Of a stretch of DNA of 64,000 bases, positions 1 to 13,500 are shown in pieces. Both the position numbers and the translations under genes were made by a program. The first letter of the stretch is position 1. Each line of letters opens with the position of its first letter. Source of the DNA: Azolla caroliniana (lineage: Eukaryota; Plantae; Polypodiophyta); NCBI GenBank assembly GCA_043228905.1, contig JBHGNT010000001.1, positions 20,832,001-20,896,000 of the forward strand, given 5' to 3'. The notes under the pieces were generated by a model. The model saw only the letters and a program-made list of their open reading frames with translations. It was not told where the DNA came from and searched no databases.

Positions 1-237
1 ATGCACTTGAGAATCAAGGTTCATCTTTACAGGTTAATGCTTTAATGCTTGCTTCAGTCTCAAAAGCCTAGAAAAGGGTGAGTAGAGGCTCATATGTGGA
101 CATTTACAAAGATGGATCAAATGTAGATATTAGTCTTCATGCAAATAAGCATGTCGGTGATACTAATATGCAATCAGATTAATATTTTGCTTTGTTTTAT
201 ATCTTCAACCATATTAATCATGCATAAACAAGTCAAA

Positions 238-1495
238 TGTGTCTCCTTCAATATACAGGGTCTTTGTAACCCTAGTAAATGAAAACTATTTTGGAACTAT
301 ATTATCTCTTCTCAAGCAGATGTAATTTGTGTTCAAGAACATAAACAAGTTGAATTCAGTGGTCAAGTTGGTTCATTTGGAGGTTTTGACATCTTCTATG
401 CAGGTCAAGGTACAACATCTGGAGTGCTTATGATCATAAAAAATGATCTAAATCCTACAGTTGCCTATAATGATCAACGTGAGAGGTGGATGGTTGTGCA
501 ATGCATGATAAATGGCAAGACATATGATTTGTTGGAATATATGTCCCGAATGCCTCAAGGGACAAAGCTTTACTTTGGCAAGACATTTGTGCTTATCCAT
601 GGCAAGACAATTGTCAGATCCTGCTCCTATCTAGCTAGACCTTCAGTTTGCGAATCATTCCTATGAAGTGGATCTCCAAAGGAAGAGACTTATGCTCATT
701 AACAACAGCTACCTCAAGCATGAACTCTTCAAGAGGATGGTCTATGACATAATATTTCCTCTTTATCTAGAAGTCAACATAGATGTTGATATAGCGTGGG
801 TACATTTTGTACATAGATTACAAACAATAATACAAGAGTATGGGAAGTGGTATCTCTCAAGGTAGAGAGATTACACTCAACAAGCCAAATTTACTTGTCA
901 AGCCCTAACGGAGTTACCACATTGAAGATCTTTGACTTTACATGAAGAGGATGCATTGTGTATGGCCAAACACACATTGATGCTACATGACAAAAATAAA
1001 TTGAAAAATGGCAAGTTAGGTCAAGACAATTTGCATTGAAAGACAAAGGATGCTTTTTTAAATCTTTCTTCAAAAGGTTGCATGTAATACGCCAAAATGA
1101 ATCCATTAAATTCATCAAAATTGGTGATGGTTTGTGGACTACAAACCAACTTGAACTAACCAAGGAATGTGTAACTCACTTCTCTCACATCTTTGAGGAC
1201 AATGTAGTTGTTACAAATGTAGTTAAACATGCCAGAGATACATTCTTGTCACTAGTTCAACCCCCTATTTGTGTTGATAAAGTTATTGCTTTGGATGCAA
1301 CATTCACAATGGAGGAGCTTTTGGAGGCTCGGAAGGGCCTCAAGAAAGGCAAAGCGCCTGGTTGGGATGGTATTACGTTAGAGTTCATTGACAATTTTGG
1401 GATGTCGTTAAGGATTTAATCCTATATATGGCAAATAATGCTTGGCAACAATGGGATATGTAGATCTCATGGAAAGAAGGTTTGGTCAAATTAAT
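238..1495 (+). mobile_element. Decayed LINE (L1-like) ORF2 fragment: AP-endonuclease and pre-RT region
   Basis: Translates to SFNIQGL (~245) and ADVICVQEHK (~317), typical APE motifs. ORF 1036-1419 has FTMEELLEARKGLKKGKAPGWDG, the LINE KAPGxDG motif. Many stops and frameshifts; cut off by copia sequence at ~1497. Confidence 0.85.
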
Positions 1496-1496
1496 A

Positions 1497-3362
1497 CTCG
1501 CGGGATCATTTGACATGAAGGATCTTTGGGACCTTCATTACTTCCTTGGGATCGAAGTGATTTGCACCTCAGAAGGCATGCTGATCAGTCGACGCTACTA
1601 TGTGTTGAGTACGCTCTTCAAATTCGGTATGACGGAATGTAAGCTCGTCTCAACTCCTCTATATAGGAATGTGAAGCTCTTCCTTGACTTTGGAACGGCA
1701 TGCGACTCGAAAAGGTTTCGACAGATAGTCGGAAGCCTTATCTACCTGACCATCACCCGGCCAGATCTTTGCCATCCAGTTGCCTTGATTAGTCAATTCA
1801 TGGCGCACCCAACCATGGAGCACATTAAGTGTGTGCACCGAATACTCAGGTACGTTAGGGGCACTAAGGACAGGGGGTTGCTCTATCGGACCGGTGTAGC
1901 TGGACAACTTGTTGGCTATACATATGCCGATTGGGCCGGAAACGCCGACGATCGAAGGCCAACTTCTTGATTCACGTTTTCACTTGGAAGTGTCACGGTT
2001 GCTTGGAGCAGTAAGAAGCAGCCAAAAGTAGGACTGTCGAGCACTGAGGAGCGGCTATCGCAACATGTGAAGCCATTTGGCTCAAACGATTATTAAAGGA
2101 TCTACAAGTGGATGTGTCCAATCCGACGATGATCTACTACGACAACCTCAACAACATCCAACTGGCCAAGAACCCCGTTTTTCATGCCTGGACCAAGCAC
2201 ATTGAGGTGCACTACCATTTTGTCTGTGAGCGTGTGCTCTCTGGTGAAGGCGAACTTGTGTATGTTTCGAGGGATCGGCAAACTGCTGACATCTTCACCA
2301 AACATCTCGGCCCGGACAAGTTGTAGCCTTTTTCAGAGATGCTTGGTCTTCAACATCTAGATATGCCACACTTGAGGGGGAGAAAGAAGGAAACTAGAAT
2401 AGGAACTGGGAAATCAGGTAATGGCACCGGACAAGGAGCCGGAGAGATAGGGGGAGACCGAGTTGACTAGAACGAGAAGGCCAAGTCCCGGACGTGGTCC
2501 GTCGTGGTGAAGGGCCTGAAGGTTGAAGACGAATTGGAGACAGCCAATTCAGACAAGAATTGGAATGAATCGGAGGCACCCGATTCAGAAGAGGTGTTTG
2601 ATTCGGGGGAGCCGGATCAACTGAAGGCCAAACGGACAAGGAGGCAGCGGAAGTCGACACCAACACGAAGGAACCGACGGGTTGAGAAGTGCTAGAGTCG
2701 CAACAACGAAGGAGCTGAGATGGGCCTTATGAGTAGACAAGCCGATTGAGAAGGTCGAGGTGCGTGGGACCAGACGGGTCATGGAAAGCGGAACCGAACG
2801 GATCGAGGAGCACGAACAAGGGGAGAAGACGCTAGAAGAAGCCGACTCCAAGGTTCGGCAGACACTAACTCAGTGAGCTGACCTCAAAATAAGCTTGAGG
2901 GCGAGTGTTGAGCGGACAAGCTCAACTAGATCTGGATTGGCTAAATAAGCTGGAGCCGATCAATATCCGGAATGGAGAACCAGATAGGCATCCGGATTGG
3001 TATCCGGAACCAAGAGCTGGTTCGAAGAAACGGGCCGGATTATAACCGGTAGGCCGTTAGAGGCCTACAACCTTAGCCTAGTATGTAGGCATATTCCTTG
3101 GAGTTAATGTTAGTCGCTCATGTGAGCATTGAAGTACTTGTCAGTACTTCTGTTAGTCCTTTTAAGGACTTGTATAAAAAGTGTTTTGTAGGACATTTGT
3201 ATGTACAGAGTGTTATTATTTTGAATTGAGTTCATGCTATTCTGCTCTCTTTGTCTCTCCCGTGTAATGTGTACTCTTAAGCTTCCATTAAGCCTTCATT
3301 TCTGTTTTATTGTTGTTATCCGGCTGAGCCGGTTTATCTAGCTTCCGCATATTAACTTTACA
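1497..3362 (+). mobile_element. Ty1/copia 3' fragment: RT C-terminus, RNase H, extra 3' region, PPT and 3' LTR
   Basis: [60 protein letters not shown]-like TTGAGGGCGAG precedes TGTTG at 2906. Confidence 0.92.
2906..3362 (+). repeat. Copia 3' LTR (TG...CA)
   Basis: Starts TGTTGAGCGGACAAGCTCAAC, nearly the same start as the LTRs ending at 6391 and 16568 on the minus strand. Ends ...CTTTACA; right end approximate. Confidence 0.7.
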
Positions 3363-3729
3363 ATGCATGTTGATCAATTGTTGATGATCAACTGAGTCCG
3401 ACTCATATGACTCAATTAATCTTTGTAGGTCAGCCGACTTCGACTCATCTATATTTGTCGGTTGCTTTGAGTCGACCAACTCGGATTCGACTGTGCCGAC
3501 TAGCTGTCTCCTGACAGTCGACAATGTATGGTCGATTGGTCTTGAGTTGATAGTAGTGGAAGTCTACTTGGAAGCCTGTTCTGACTTCTACCGTTTCAAG
3601 TCCTCGATTGTCTTGTCTTCCAAGAACACAATGTCCTGACTCCTCATCACTTTCTTGTCGTGTAAATCCCATAGCCTGTAGCCGAATTCATCCTTCGAGT
3701 ACCCCAAGAATATGCATGGTTTCAACTTA

Positions 3730-3763
3730 ACACCGGGTCATTCAAAATAGGTAATATGTCGCA
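3730..3763 (+). repeat. Left terminal inverted repeat
   Basis: ACACCGGGTCATTCAAAATAGGTAATATGTCGCA; matches the reverse complement of 14449-14482 at 28/34 positions. Confidence 0.8.
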
Positions 3764-4024
3764 ATTTAAGAACAGTCCGTCCAAAAAAGGCACAAAGTTG
3801 GTCATTTCACAAAAAGGGCCATCGCATGCGTAACGTGTTTTGGAAATTGAATCAAAATATATTTATTTATACCATGTCCAAAAATTTAGGGCTTTCAAAA
3901 AATGCCCCTAATAATCGACAAGTGAAATTTACAAGAGAATGTACAAAAATTACAAAATGACTAACATGTATATTTATACATATTTGTGAATCACCATATT
4001 GATGTAACATACAATATTTACATT

Positions 4025-4700
4025 TTATATATGAGATCCATCACTTCCCAAAGATATGCCTTCCCCTTCAGACCCACCCGATGAACTAGAAGAGCTTTGT
4101 GAGGTCTCATCCTCATCATCACTAGCAACCAATGCATTGTCTTCATCCAATTGCAATCCAACATCACCGTGATTATGAGACATACTCCTTGTTTGTCTTT
4201 GTGTTGCGTCAACAGGCACATTTGGGATCTTCTCTTTTATTATCTTGATTGTAGTCTGTCTTAGATGATCTGTTTTGATCAAGGTGAAGTCATACATGAG
4301 TAAGTCGACATTATCAAGTCCTAGAGTAGACGTGCTTGGTAGATTCTTTCTTCTTCACTTTCTACTTGTGCCTTCGACATCCTTAACCATCTCTAAAGAG
4401 TACTTCCCAGTAAATGCATCTTTGGAAGAGGTATGATACCAATGAACCATAATAGACTTTACTTGATTGCCTTCATCATCCATAATAAGTTCCATGATTT
4501 TGGTAATCCAGAAGGGATGGCCCAACCTATCACCCCCAGCTAATGTTGTAACCAACATACCAACTTGTAGCTCATGTAGATTGCCTTGCCACCTCACCTC
4601 TACAACATGCGATAATCTTGGTCCCATGTAAATATCTCTTGGTCGTGTTGGTACTATGGCAAGAAAGGCCACAAACAGAGTGAGTATTGGAAGAAGTGTG
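4025..4700 (-). pseudogene. C-terminal part of a transposase-like protein (beta-rich domain plus acidic tail)
   Basis: ORFs 4355-4828 and 4025-4297 read through one stop: GMLVTTLAGG..HPFWITKI..IMVHWY..GKY..YDFTLIKT. Same strand as the N-terminal remnant at 9345-10030; ends ~260 bp inside the left TIR. Assignment to the transposase is inference. Confidence 0.55.
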
Positions 4701-5125
4701 CCGATTTGGATAAATCCGGATCTGGCAATGCCAGACAAGGGAACCGACAAAGCTCGCACTACGCAGAAGGATCGGAAGGATCCGGAACCGGGAAGACCGG
4801 AAAAGGTCCAACCTTCGTGATAAAGCACAAGGCAAACTCGATGAAGAAGACCACTTCCAGATCGGAGGAAGTATGGTATATTGATTCCGGAGCGTCAAAC
4901 CACATGACGAGCCACAAAGAGTGGATCTCTTTTTTGGAGAAACTGGAACAACCGGGAATTGTCGAAACCGGAGATAACACCCCTCACCCGATTGTGCATG
5001 TTGGAGAAGTCCCTTTAAGCCATGTTGGACAAAAGGGAAAGCTGATGAACGTACTACACGTTCCAACAATCACAAAGAACTTGGTGTTGGTTGGACAAAT
5101 CATTGACCAGGGAATGCATGTGCAA
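4700..5125 (+). mobile_element. Copia gag-end/protease fragment
   Basis: VWYIDSGASNHMT protease motif and NVLHVPTITKNL. Confidence 0.85.
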
Positions 5126-5129
5126 TTTA

Positions 5130-5696
5130 GTGAAATTTAGTGAAGGCATGTGGTGTAAAAGATGGTGGCACTTTTAAGAAATTTAGCCACAAAAAGGATA
5201 TCACCTGAGATTTATACTGTAATGTCTATTGTGGTGATGTGGCTGAGATGATACACATATTGACAACGAAGGAATACATATTATTGATTGTAGCTATGCT
5301 AAGTTAAATATTAAAAAATTTGTGATTTGATTAAAGGTACTACATCTACATGCTTTGACAAATTTCCGAAATATTGTTTCATTGGAGAAAGATGATGAAC
5401 AAGTGAGTTTCATTAACATGAGTATTAAAGCCTTAGCCTTATGGGAATGCCCAGACCAGGACGAGGAAGTAGGGGCAAAGCACATTGCAAATACATAATG
5501 ATTTCAACTAGCCTCCCGCGAACCAATTCCTCCATTAGTTGGTGAACCTAGGGAACTTATTGATCTTGACAATGAGCTTCTAGACTACCCTACAGTTGCA
5601 AGCCTGTCCAAAGTTGATACCACTACACAAATATGTGAGGAGAGTTCTCAAAAGGAGGACGAGGAGAACGATGTAGATACTTTGATAGCCATGTAA
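5130..5696 (+). pseudogene. Internally deleted paralog of the C-terminal part of the DNA methyltransferase gene at 10520-13647
   Basis: KKFSHKKDIT*DLYCNVYCGDVAEMI aligns with KSFLHKSDP..YYSVYNGDGGNML. After an AG at ~5336, GTTS..ALTNFRNIVSLEKDDEQVSFINMSI..DQDEEVG aligns with GMTTACALKLLRNCVALEKDPDQVNFIKMRI..QDQEVG. Confidence 0.7.
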
Positions 5697-5751
5697 AACT
5701 ATACATTGCAATGTTATCTTGACATTTTAATCTAAGTTATATTCTTTTCAT

Positions 5752-8035
5752 TGTTAGATTAATGTCTACATTTTGGTTGGTGGTTTGCCACCCGAAGGTG
5801 CTAGTCAAGCTAGGGTAAAAAACGTTAGCGGGTTGAGACCAATTAACCATCCTCTCCTCGTTCACCACCTGAGTGGTATACAACAATCCAAAATCTTCAA
5901 CCAACAATTCTAAGGAGGAGAGAGAGCCCTTCACAAAACACATACACATGACCTCAATGTTAAGCACCTTAATGCGACACACAAGATAGTACCTCCATTG
6001 AGAATAGGTTCATTGCCAAGAATGGCGTGCGGAAGCAATATAGGAAACCGAACAACATAAAATGCAGGTTTAATGGAAACCTTAGGTTTGCACAATACGC
6101 ACGGGAGAGACAGAGAGTAAACACTAGAAAAAACAATTCAAAAACTAACATTTGACACAAGTACTGACAGTATTTGACTGCTCATAAATGAGCCTCGACT
6201 CTTACTCCCAAAACTATTCCCTACGAGGAATATCTCTCTAACGGCCTTTCGGTTCACGCACCGATATAGCCTTCCTACGCACCAGTCTGCGTACCGGTTT
6301 CCAACTGATCCGGCCTAACAGATCGGTCCCAACCGATCCAGTTCTCGGCTTGCTCAGCTGATCCGGCCGTTGTTGAGCTTGTCTCTCAACACTCCCCCTC
6401 AAGCTCAACTTGAGGCTCGTCGGGATCTTCCTGATCACCGCTCCGGTTCCTCCTAGCTCCACGCCTCGCTCTCGCTCCTCGGCCTGTTCAACTTCGTGCG
6501 CTTCGACCCTTCTAGTCGGCTTGTCTGCTCCCACGGCCCTTCACAACTCGCTTGCTGTCGCGGTGTTGGCGCTTCTCCTCCTGCCTTCCTTTCCGCTTGG
6601 CCCTCGGTTGATTCAGTGTATCCGAATCAAACATTTGAACCGACTCGGCTACCTCCGATCGGTTTTCGCTCTCGTCCGAGTTGGCTATCTCCAACTCGTC
6701 TTCGGTCTTCTAGCCCTTGACGGCGTCATCTCCCCCATGCTTTGTTGGCTTCGGCTCTTACTTTCGGCTGCTCCCTTTATGTCTGCTTTTGGATTCATCC
6801 GCGGATCCGCCCTTGGCTTCTTCAGCCGATCCGAAGTCGAATTCGTCATCCGACTGGGTGTTGCGGCCTCTTCCGCTCCCTTCATGCTCCCTTGCTCGGT
6901 CTTTCGAGACTGTTCTCCCCCTCAAGTTTGGCACGTCGAGGTGACGCAACCCAAGCGCACCCGAGAATTGCCGCAACTTGTCCAGACCAAGGGGCTTGGT
7001 GAAGATGTCGGCAGTTTGCCAATCCGTCGGAACATAATGAAGTTCGACTTCACGAGAAAGGACACGCTCACGGACAAAAGGGTAGTGCACCTCAATGTCC
7101 TTGGTACGTGCGTGGAAAACGGGGTTCTTCACGAGCTGGATGTTGCTGAGGTTGTCGCAGTAGATCGTCATCGGATCAGACACCTTCTCTTGCAGGTCCT
7201 TAAGTAGCCGCTTCAACCATATGGCTTCGCATGTCGCGACAGCCGCTCCTCGGTACTCAGCTTTGGTGCTCGACAGTGCAACTGTCGGTTGCATCGTACT
7301 ACTCCATGCTACCGCAGCACTACCAAGAGAGAATGTGTATCTGGAAGTGGATCGGGGATCGGCGGCGTTGCTAGCCCAATCAACATCGGTGTAGCCGACC
7401 AACTATGAGGTTGTACTGGTCTGGTATAGCAGTCCTCGGTCCTTAGTGCCACTTACGTACCGCAGTACACGTTGCGCACACTGAAGGTGCTCCTCGGTAG
7501 GTCTCGCCATGAACTGACTGATCACCCCGACCGGATAACTGAGATCGGGTTGGGTTTGTCAAGTAGATAAGGCTTCCGACAATTAATCGGAACCTCGTCG
7601 GTTCGCATATCTTTCCGGAATTGGGGTGAAGCTTGACGGTTCTATCTAGAGGAGTCGAGACGGACTTGGAGTCGCCCATCCTGAATTTGAAGAGCATATT
7701 CAGCGCGTAATGACGTTGGCTGATCAGTATACCTTCGGGGGTGCATATCACTTCGATCTCGAGGAAGGAATGAAGGTCCCCCAGATCCTTCATGTCGATT
7801 GATGCTGCAAGCTGGAACTTCATGCGGTGGATTTCTCCTAGGTCGGCGCCGGTGATGACCAAGTCATCAACATATAGTAAAATACTGACTGGACCGAATC
7901 GACCTTCCCGGATGAACATGGAAGAGTCCGATTTTGACGTTGCAAAGCCCATCCGATGCAGTTGCTGCGTGATCTTCGCGTTCCAGGCACGCGGGGCTTG
8001 CTTTAGTCCTTAAAGGGACTTCTTCAATCGGCATA
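5752..8035 (-). mobile_element. Ty1/copia 3' fragment: RT, RNase H, PPT, 3' LTR (5752-6391)
   Basis: [46 protein letters not shown] abuts the LTR edge at 6391. Confidence 0.92.
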
Positions 8036-9344
8036 GTCATGTTTGAAACTCTTCCCCAACTAACATGACATAGGTTTTAAAGATGTACATGCATATCACA
8101 TTGTCTTACACAAGAATATACAAATAGATACAACGATGGCTTGAAGTATGACAACTTTTTTCACTTGCGTAAGGGTTTCTGTTTATATACGTAGGTTTAC
8201 TAACACTAATAGTCGCATTCATGTCGGCCACCTATTTGTGTGACCCATATTTCCCCTTCTCCCCACTATAATGTCTCATGTGCAAATGTTGTTTTTCTTG
8301 GAGGTCCTAAAATGTTTGTCTCATGTTAACAAATTCACACACACATCCTTCCATTTCCTATACACACACACAATGAGGTGTATACACTATTGTTTTGTTC
8401 TGTGGAGGATGATGCACCTTCACCTTCTTCGTTTGTTTTGTGTTGGGTTTAGCATTGGCTAAAGGCAACACATGGAGATGGAAGTGGAGATGGATGCCTC
8501 TTCCTCCAGATATGATTGCTCTTTCAGAATCAAATCAACAACTTGTTCCTAAAAAAATCTATCATTAACTTCTGCTCGTAGGGAATGAATGGACATAATT
8601 TATTTAGAGGTGGTGGAGAATTTGATGAGATAGCTCGTAACAACATTGCTCCGTGTGATGGCATTCCAATACAATATTTGGGACTATATATATTATGGGA
8701 CTTCATCATATGCACATATCGATCCCATTCCATGTATGTATGTGTATACATATCATTGTAGATATAGATGCGAGAAGGGTAAAACGTCCCACTCGAACCA
8801 AATTACTATGCCTCAAATGCAGAACACGTCTCACATATGAAGGGCCCCACAAAAAACCCACTATAAGCCCAGAAGATCAAAACAACCACTCTAAGCCTAA
8901 ATGGCATTCTACTCTAAACTCAAGGTCGTATAAGAGAACCATTGGGAGAATGTCGCTCCGACATTGGGATGTGGTAAGGACATGAGTGAGTGAGGTAGTT
9001 TGAGTGAGATGAGATGGGGCGCCCTTGTCAAGGTCAAAGCTTGAGAAGTGTCGATGTGTCCAATCTTGCCTTCTCTCAGATGTTCGTTAGGGATTCTTAA
9101 ATTTCACAACTCGAGGAATTAATTGCGTGAGTACTACGTATATATGTAGATAAGCCATTTAATACTAGATGCATGCATGCATAATTTGTTTGAGGGTGTC
9201 ATATGTGAATGGTCATCATCATCATAATCAAAATAAGTAGGTTAGGTTAGGTTAAGTAGTAGGTGGGTGGATGGATGGGTGTGTAGGCAGTCCACATTGG
9301 CATCGTTTTATTACCGGACAGTCTCCACCTTGTAGGGTATGACC

Positions 9345-10030
9345 CGTCCGGATCTTGCGGGGTATGGCCACATTGTTAAACTTCGATCGCCATTAACCAT
9401 TAAAATGTTGATATATTTTGTAAGGTACAATTTCTAATAAAATGTCTTCCTTATACGCTTTGTATACGTCACGATGAGTGAAGTTATCTGAAAAATATAA
9501 CCTTCCAGTGGTGGGCATAACATCACATTGCTTCGAGAAATATATCTCCATCCATCTAATGGCATGCCGCCCAATTAGACCCTTACATGTAGATTCTGTA
9601 TTGTTGAAAGGTACCCACCACCTGTTCAGTAATCGATGGTCAATTCTTTGTAGCCTCATGTTCCCGATGCTATAAGCAATTCTAAAAGCAACTCGACAAC
9701 TCTTCGTAGTAAGTGAAAGGTAATATTCCACCTGCAGAGAACACGGCACTGCCAGATGGTCCTTAACAAGTGGCATATTGGCAATCAAGAATATATCTTG
9801 TTCGTCACCATTGAGAGACAAATACTTTTGTCGCAACCCCCCTAAGTTTGCCTTTCCAAATTTTGATAGACAAAGGCTCCCACAACATACCTTGCATATG
9901 TCAATTGAAATTTGTCAATCCGAACACAAAAAATTATATCGTTTAACACTCACTTGTCGAGGAACTCTTTGAAAATGTAGAGGCTTATTGACACAATCTT
10001 CGTTAACATTCGATAAACTAGACTGACATG
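9345..10030 (-). pseudogene. N-terminal part of a DUF7869/Sola-like DDE transposase (catalytic core not seen)
   Basis: CCGSLC..RQKY..EQDIFL..CRVAFRIAYSI..WMEIYFSKQCDVMP..DVYKAY..WRSKFNNVAIPRK. This Cys-rich/CDxMP/WxxxFxxVxIP pattern precedes the core in such transposases. Truncated at ~9345. Confidence 0.65.
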
Positions 10031-10519
10031 AGTCGTATCTACTTTAATATATCTTGTTTTACTTAAGTTCAATGGCTCTATCGAAAAAATTGACGACGAG
10101 CTTTGCTCTTAATCGTTGTTGGTCTTAACATGGCACCTTTTATTATTAACATGGCTATATTCCTCGATTGAGAATAACAAGTTATTAGATAATATAATAG
10201 GCTCAATAGAAAACAAAGAATTTTCACTCGACTTTGAGGAGATTTTGCTCAAGGCTAAGTCACAACAACAATGTCCAAAATAGGCACAAGTTTGGTTCTA
10301 TAATAAGCATCATGTCCAAAAACATATTATTTATTTATTTTTTAAGCTAATTAAAAATATTTTTGAAAATAAAAAATAAAAAATATATAAAGGGAAGTCA
10401 TCTTCTATTTCTCATTATCACGTTCAAGCAGAAGAAGAGCACAATAGCACAAGAACACTTAGCAACCAAAATCATCGAGTTTTCGCCTACCCGGTCCAAT
10501 CAACATCTCCGACATCAAC

Positions 10520-13500
10520 ATGAACAACGCAAAGAAAATTGCCAGGTATGTTTTCTAACAAGCTAATTCTTGCAAAACATTTATTGAGTCAGGAGGTGAC
10601 GACACTTCAAAGTCTTTTGTCGGTAACACGATGAAGACTTTAGGCGAAAAGAGTGGGGAGCCTTGCCTGAAGAGCTACCCCCATGTGGAGTGGACACTGA
10701 TCTACACCAAGGAACAAGGGGACCTCCTTCTAATTCTTGCAAAGTCTGAAGGTGAAGGCAAGTTGCAGGTGGGAAAGACATTCACCTACGACTACGTACA
10801 ATTCACATCGAATATGAGGACAACGACTCATTCAACCTCTTCTTTGATGTTGATAGGTCCGTGGGGGTTTGCAAAGTCAAGATCGATGAACGTAATTTCA
10901 TAACTGACTCCTGCCACCCTAAAGCCCAAAAAAAGGATGTTCAGAAAAAAAACAACTTGATTGTTGCTTTGCGCCTGTACATTAAGGGAGAGCTGATGGT
11001 CACGCAAGCAACAACCCCATCAATGTCTGCCAAGAAGTACAAGAAAAGGCAACAACCAGAAGAGGATGAGCCAAAGGTCCTCGAGTTCGTAGAAGATGAG
11101 GAGGAAGAAGCCGAGCTCGAAGTAATTCCTCCATGGGGGCACATTTCATCGGGGATACTAACCTCAGAGCAAAACCGGACCAGAGAAAATATTGTAAAGA
11201 TGAAGCTTGTCTGTAAAGGAAAATTATTTCACTTACCAATTTGCTCTATTCAACAACCACCCATCAATCCGGAGATAGGAAGATAGGCTCTAGAAATAAG
11301 AGAGCCACATTCAGTGCATGTGCAGAACTTAAAAAGCAAAATGAAGATTAATCCACATGCGACTATAGTGCCATTCTTAATAATGGTTGACCTAGATCAA
11401 TGCCCTATTGTTGCTCACTTCAAGTACAGTTCGGCAGATGACTAACATACTTGTGATTGGAGGATCCCACTCTGTTGAAGCTCGACGTCAACTAGTCAAG
11501 GAGTATCCACTTACCCCTTTCTTCAAGTATGCAGAATGTAAAGTGTATGTAGGCCTTACACATGAAGAAGCCAAGTTGTTAGCTTGGGATCATAACAACG
11601 ATAATGACTATAGACAAAAGATGTCATGTATTGAGCGCATCAGGTTCTTCCATCACGAGTACCTTGATGCGCTGCAAAAATTTGGTACTCGGCTGCATCC
11701 TGGATTGCGACGACAATGTTTGCTTGAAGTGGGGATAGAAGTTGACGAAAGCACCAAGTCTAAAGGCTTGAGAAAATATGACTCATGGTTCAACTTGCCT
11801 TTAGAATAGGGGAGGTGTGGAACCTCCAAGATCAGATTTTTAGTATGTGGGAGCATAAAGAAATAAAGGGTCAAAGATCAAAGAAGGCTAAGCTCGACAC
11901 ATAGGTGGAGATTAAATCTAAGTCACGTAAAAGTGACTTAGTAATTGAAGAGTTAGCCGAAGATATGAAGCTACTTCCTTGGTGGTCACTGCAAGGAATT
12001 AAGGATGACAGATTATTGATATCTATATTGTCAAGAGTGTCCGCCAAGGAGTTTAGCCTTGACGAAATGGTCATAGAGTTTCAAAAGTGAGTGATCTATG
12101 TGCATGTATCATTTTGATTTGATTGCTTTGTTGATTTGTTCTTTATTCTAATTTTAGTTTCTTTTGTTTTTTAGCCATAAGGTGTATATGAAGATTCAAG
12201 AGCTGATGATAAAAAAATTGTCCCTGCCTACGTGGGAAGAAGTGGAGCAATCTTGCCCAAAAACATCATCCTACAAGGCTCTTGAAGAATTCTTTATCGT
12301 GTTTAGAGAATGGGTATGTATGTTCTACAAATATTAATTGATTTTTGGACAATGGGTTTCTTCTTACAAAATTTATAATTACAGAAACCACCTCGTTCAA
12401 AGAAGAATAGTGACAGCAATGAAGGCATACCTAGCGCCTTCATCACCCATTTGGAACGAGCTAAATACAAGAAACGGATGACAAAAGGAAACGAGCTCGA
12501 GGTGCCTGAGGACTCAGATACTGTAAAAAGCTTTTTGCACAAGAGTGATCCTTTCCGATAATTGTATTATAGTGTATATAATGGTGATGGGGGTAATATG
12601 CTTGACGTATTACCCAAGTGACATTCTACATTGCTCGTGGCAGATATACCGTATGGCTTTAGAATAGTAGGTTCGACATACGACGATGTGCCATAAAAAT
12701 ATCCGCAAATAGAGAAGATGGTTAAGGACTTTGCAGAGCTGACCCTGGCATCATTATGGCGTATTGTTATATTTCACAATATGGGTCAGGTGTTATCGGT
12801 CACGATTGCATTGAAGTCGAGATGCCATGTCACCGAACATATGCATTGGTAAGCATTATGTTACTATATATTTAATGTATGGATTCTATGTTGCTTACTA
12901 CATATTTATTAACTTGTTTCAATTCAATTATAAAATAGGGTTAAAACGAACATAACTCGTACCCCGGGTGATCGAATGGTGAGTGTTGTGGAGCACATGT
13001 GCGTGGGCTACTACGATGCGATTTCTAAGAAGAAGGCTTAGGCACATGTTAATGAGGGGAATGTTGTCAACTATATCATGTGCCCGACTGTATCGAAGAA
13101 ATTGCGCCATGTGTCTGACGATAAGAGTTTAGTAAACCCTTATCAAAAGCCCCAATGATTGATTAATCGATTGGTCGAGTTGTTCTCGAACCCTGATAAT
13201 TGGGTTCTCGACTTATTTTTTGGAACAGGTAATCTCATAAGTTTCATCAATGTTTTTAAAAATGAACTATTATTTCTTGTCTTGTTTTCTTACTTTTGTA
13301 TGTGTGATTGTTTATTTAGGAATGACGACTGCATGTGCCCTTAAACTATTAAGGAATTGCGTGGCATTAGAAAAGGACCCCGACCAAGTCAATTTTATTA
13401 AGATGAGGATCCAAGGCAGGACCAAGAGGTTGGGCCAACGCATATCAACGAAACCGAGATGTTTTAGATGGCCTCCAGAGAGCCGATGGAACCTATAGAC

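Noticed and set aside
3363-3727. Solo LTR rich in GTCGAC/CCGACT motifs
   Set aside because: Looks repetitive but has no TSD or second copy, and its apparent CA end overlaps the left TIR; left unassigned.
6410-7207. 265-aa hydrophobic plus-strand ORF (and similar ORFs at 36232-36858 and 41614-42522)
   Set aside because: Antisense shadows of minus-strand retroelement coding regions.
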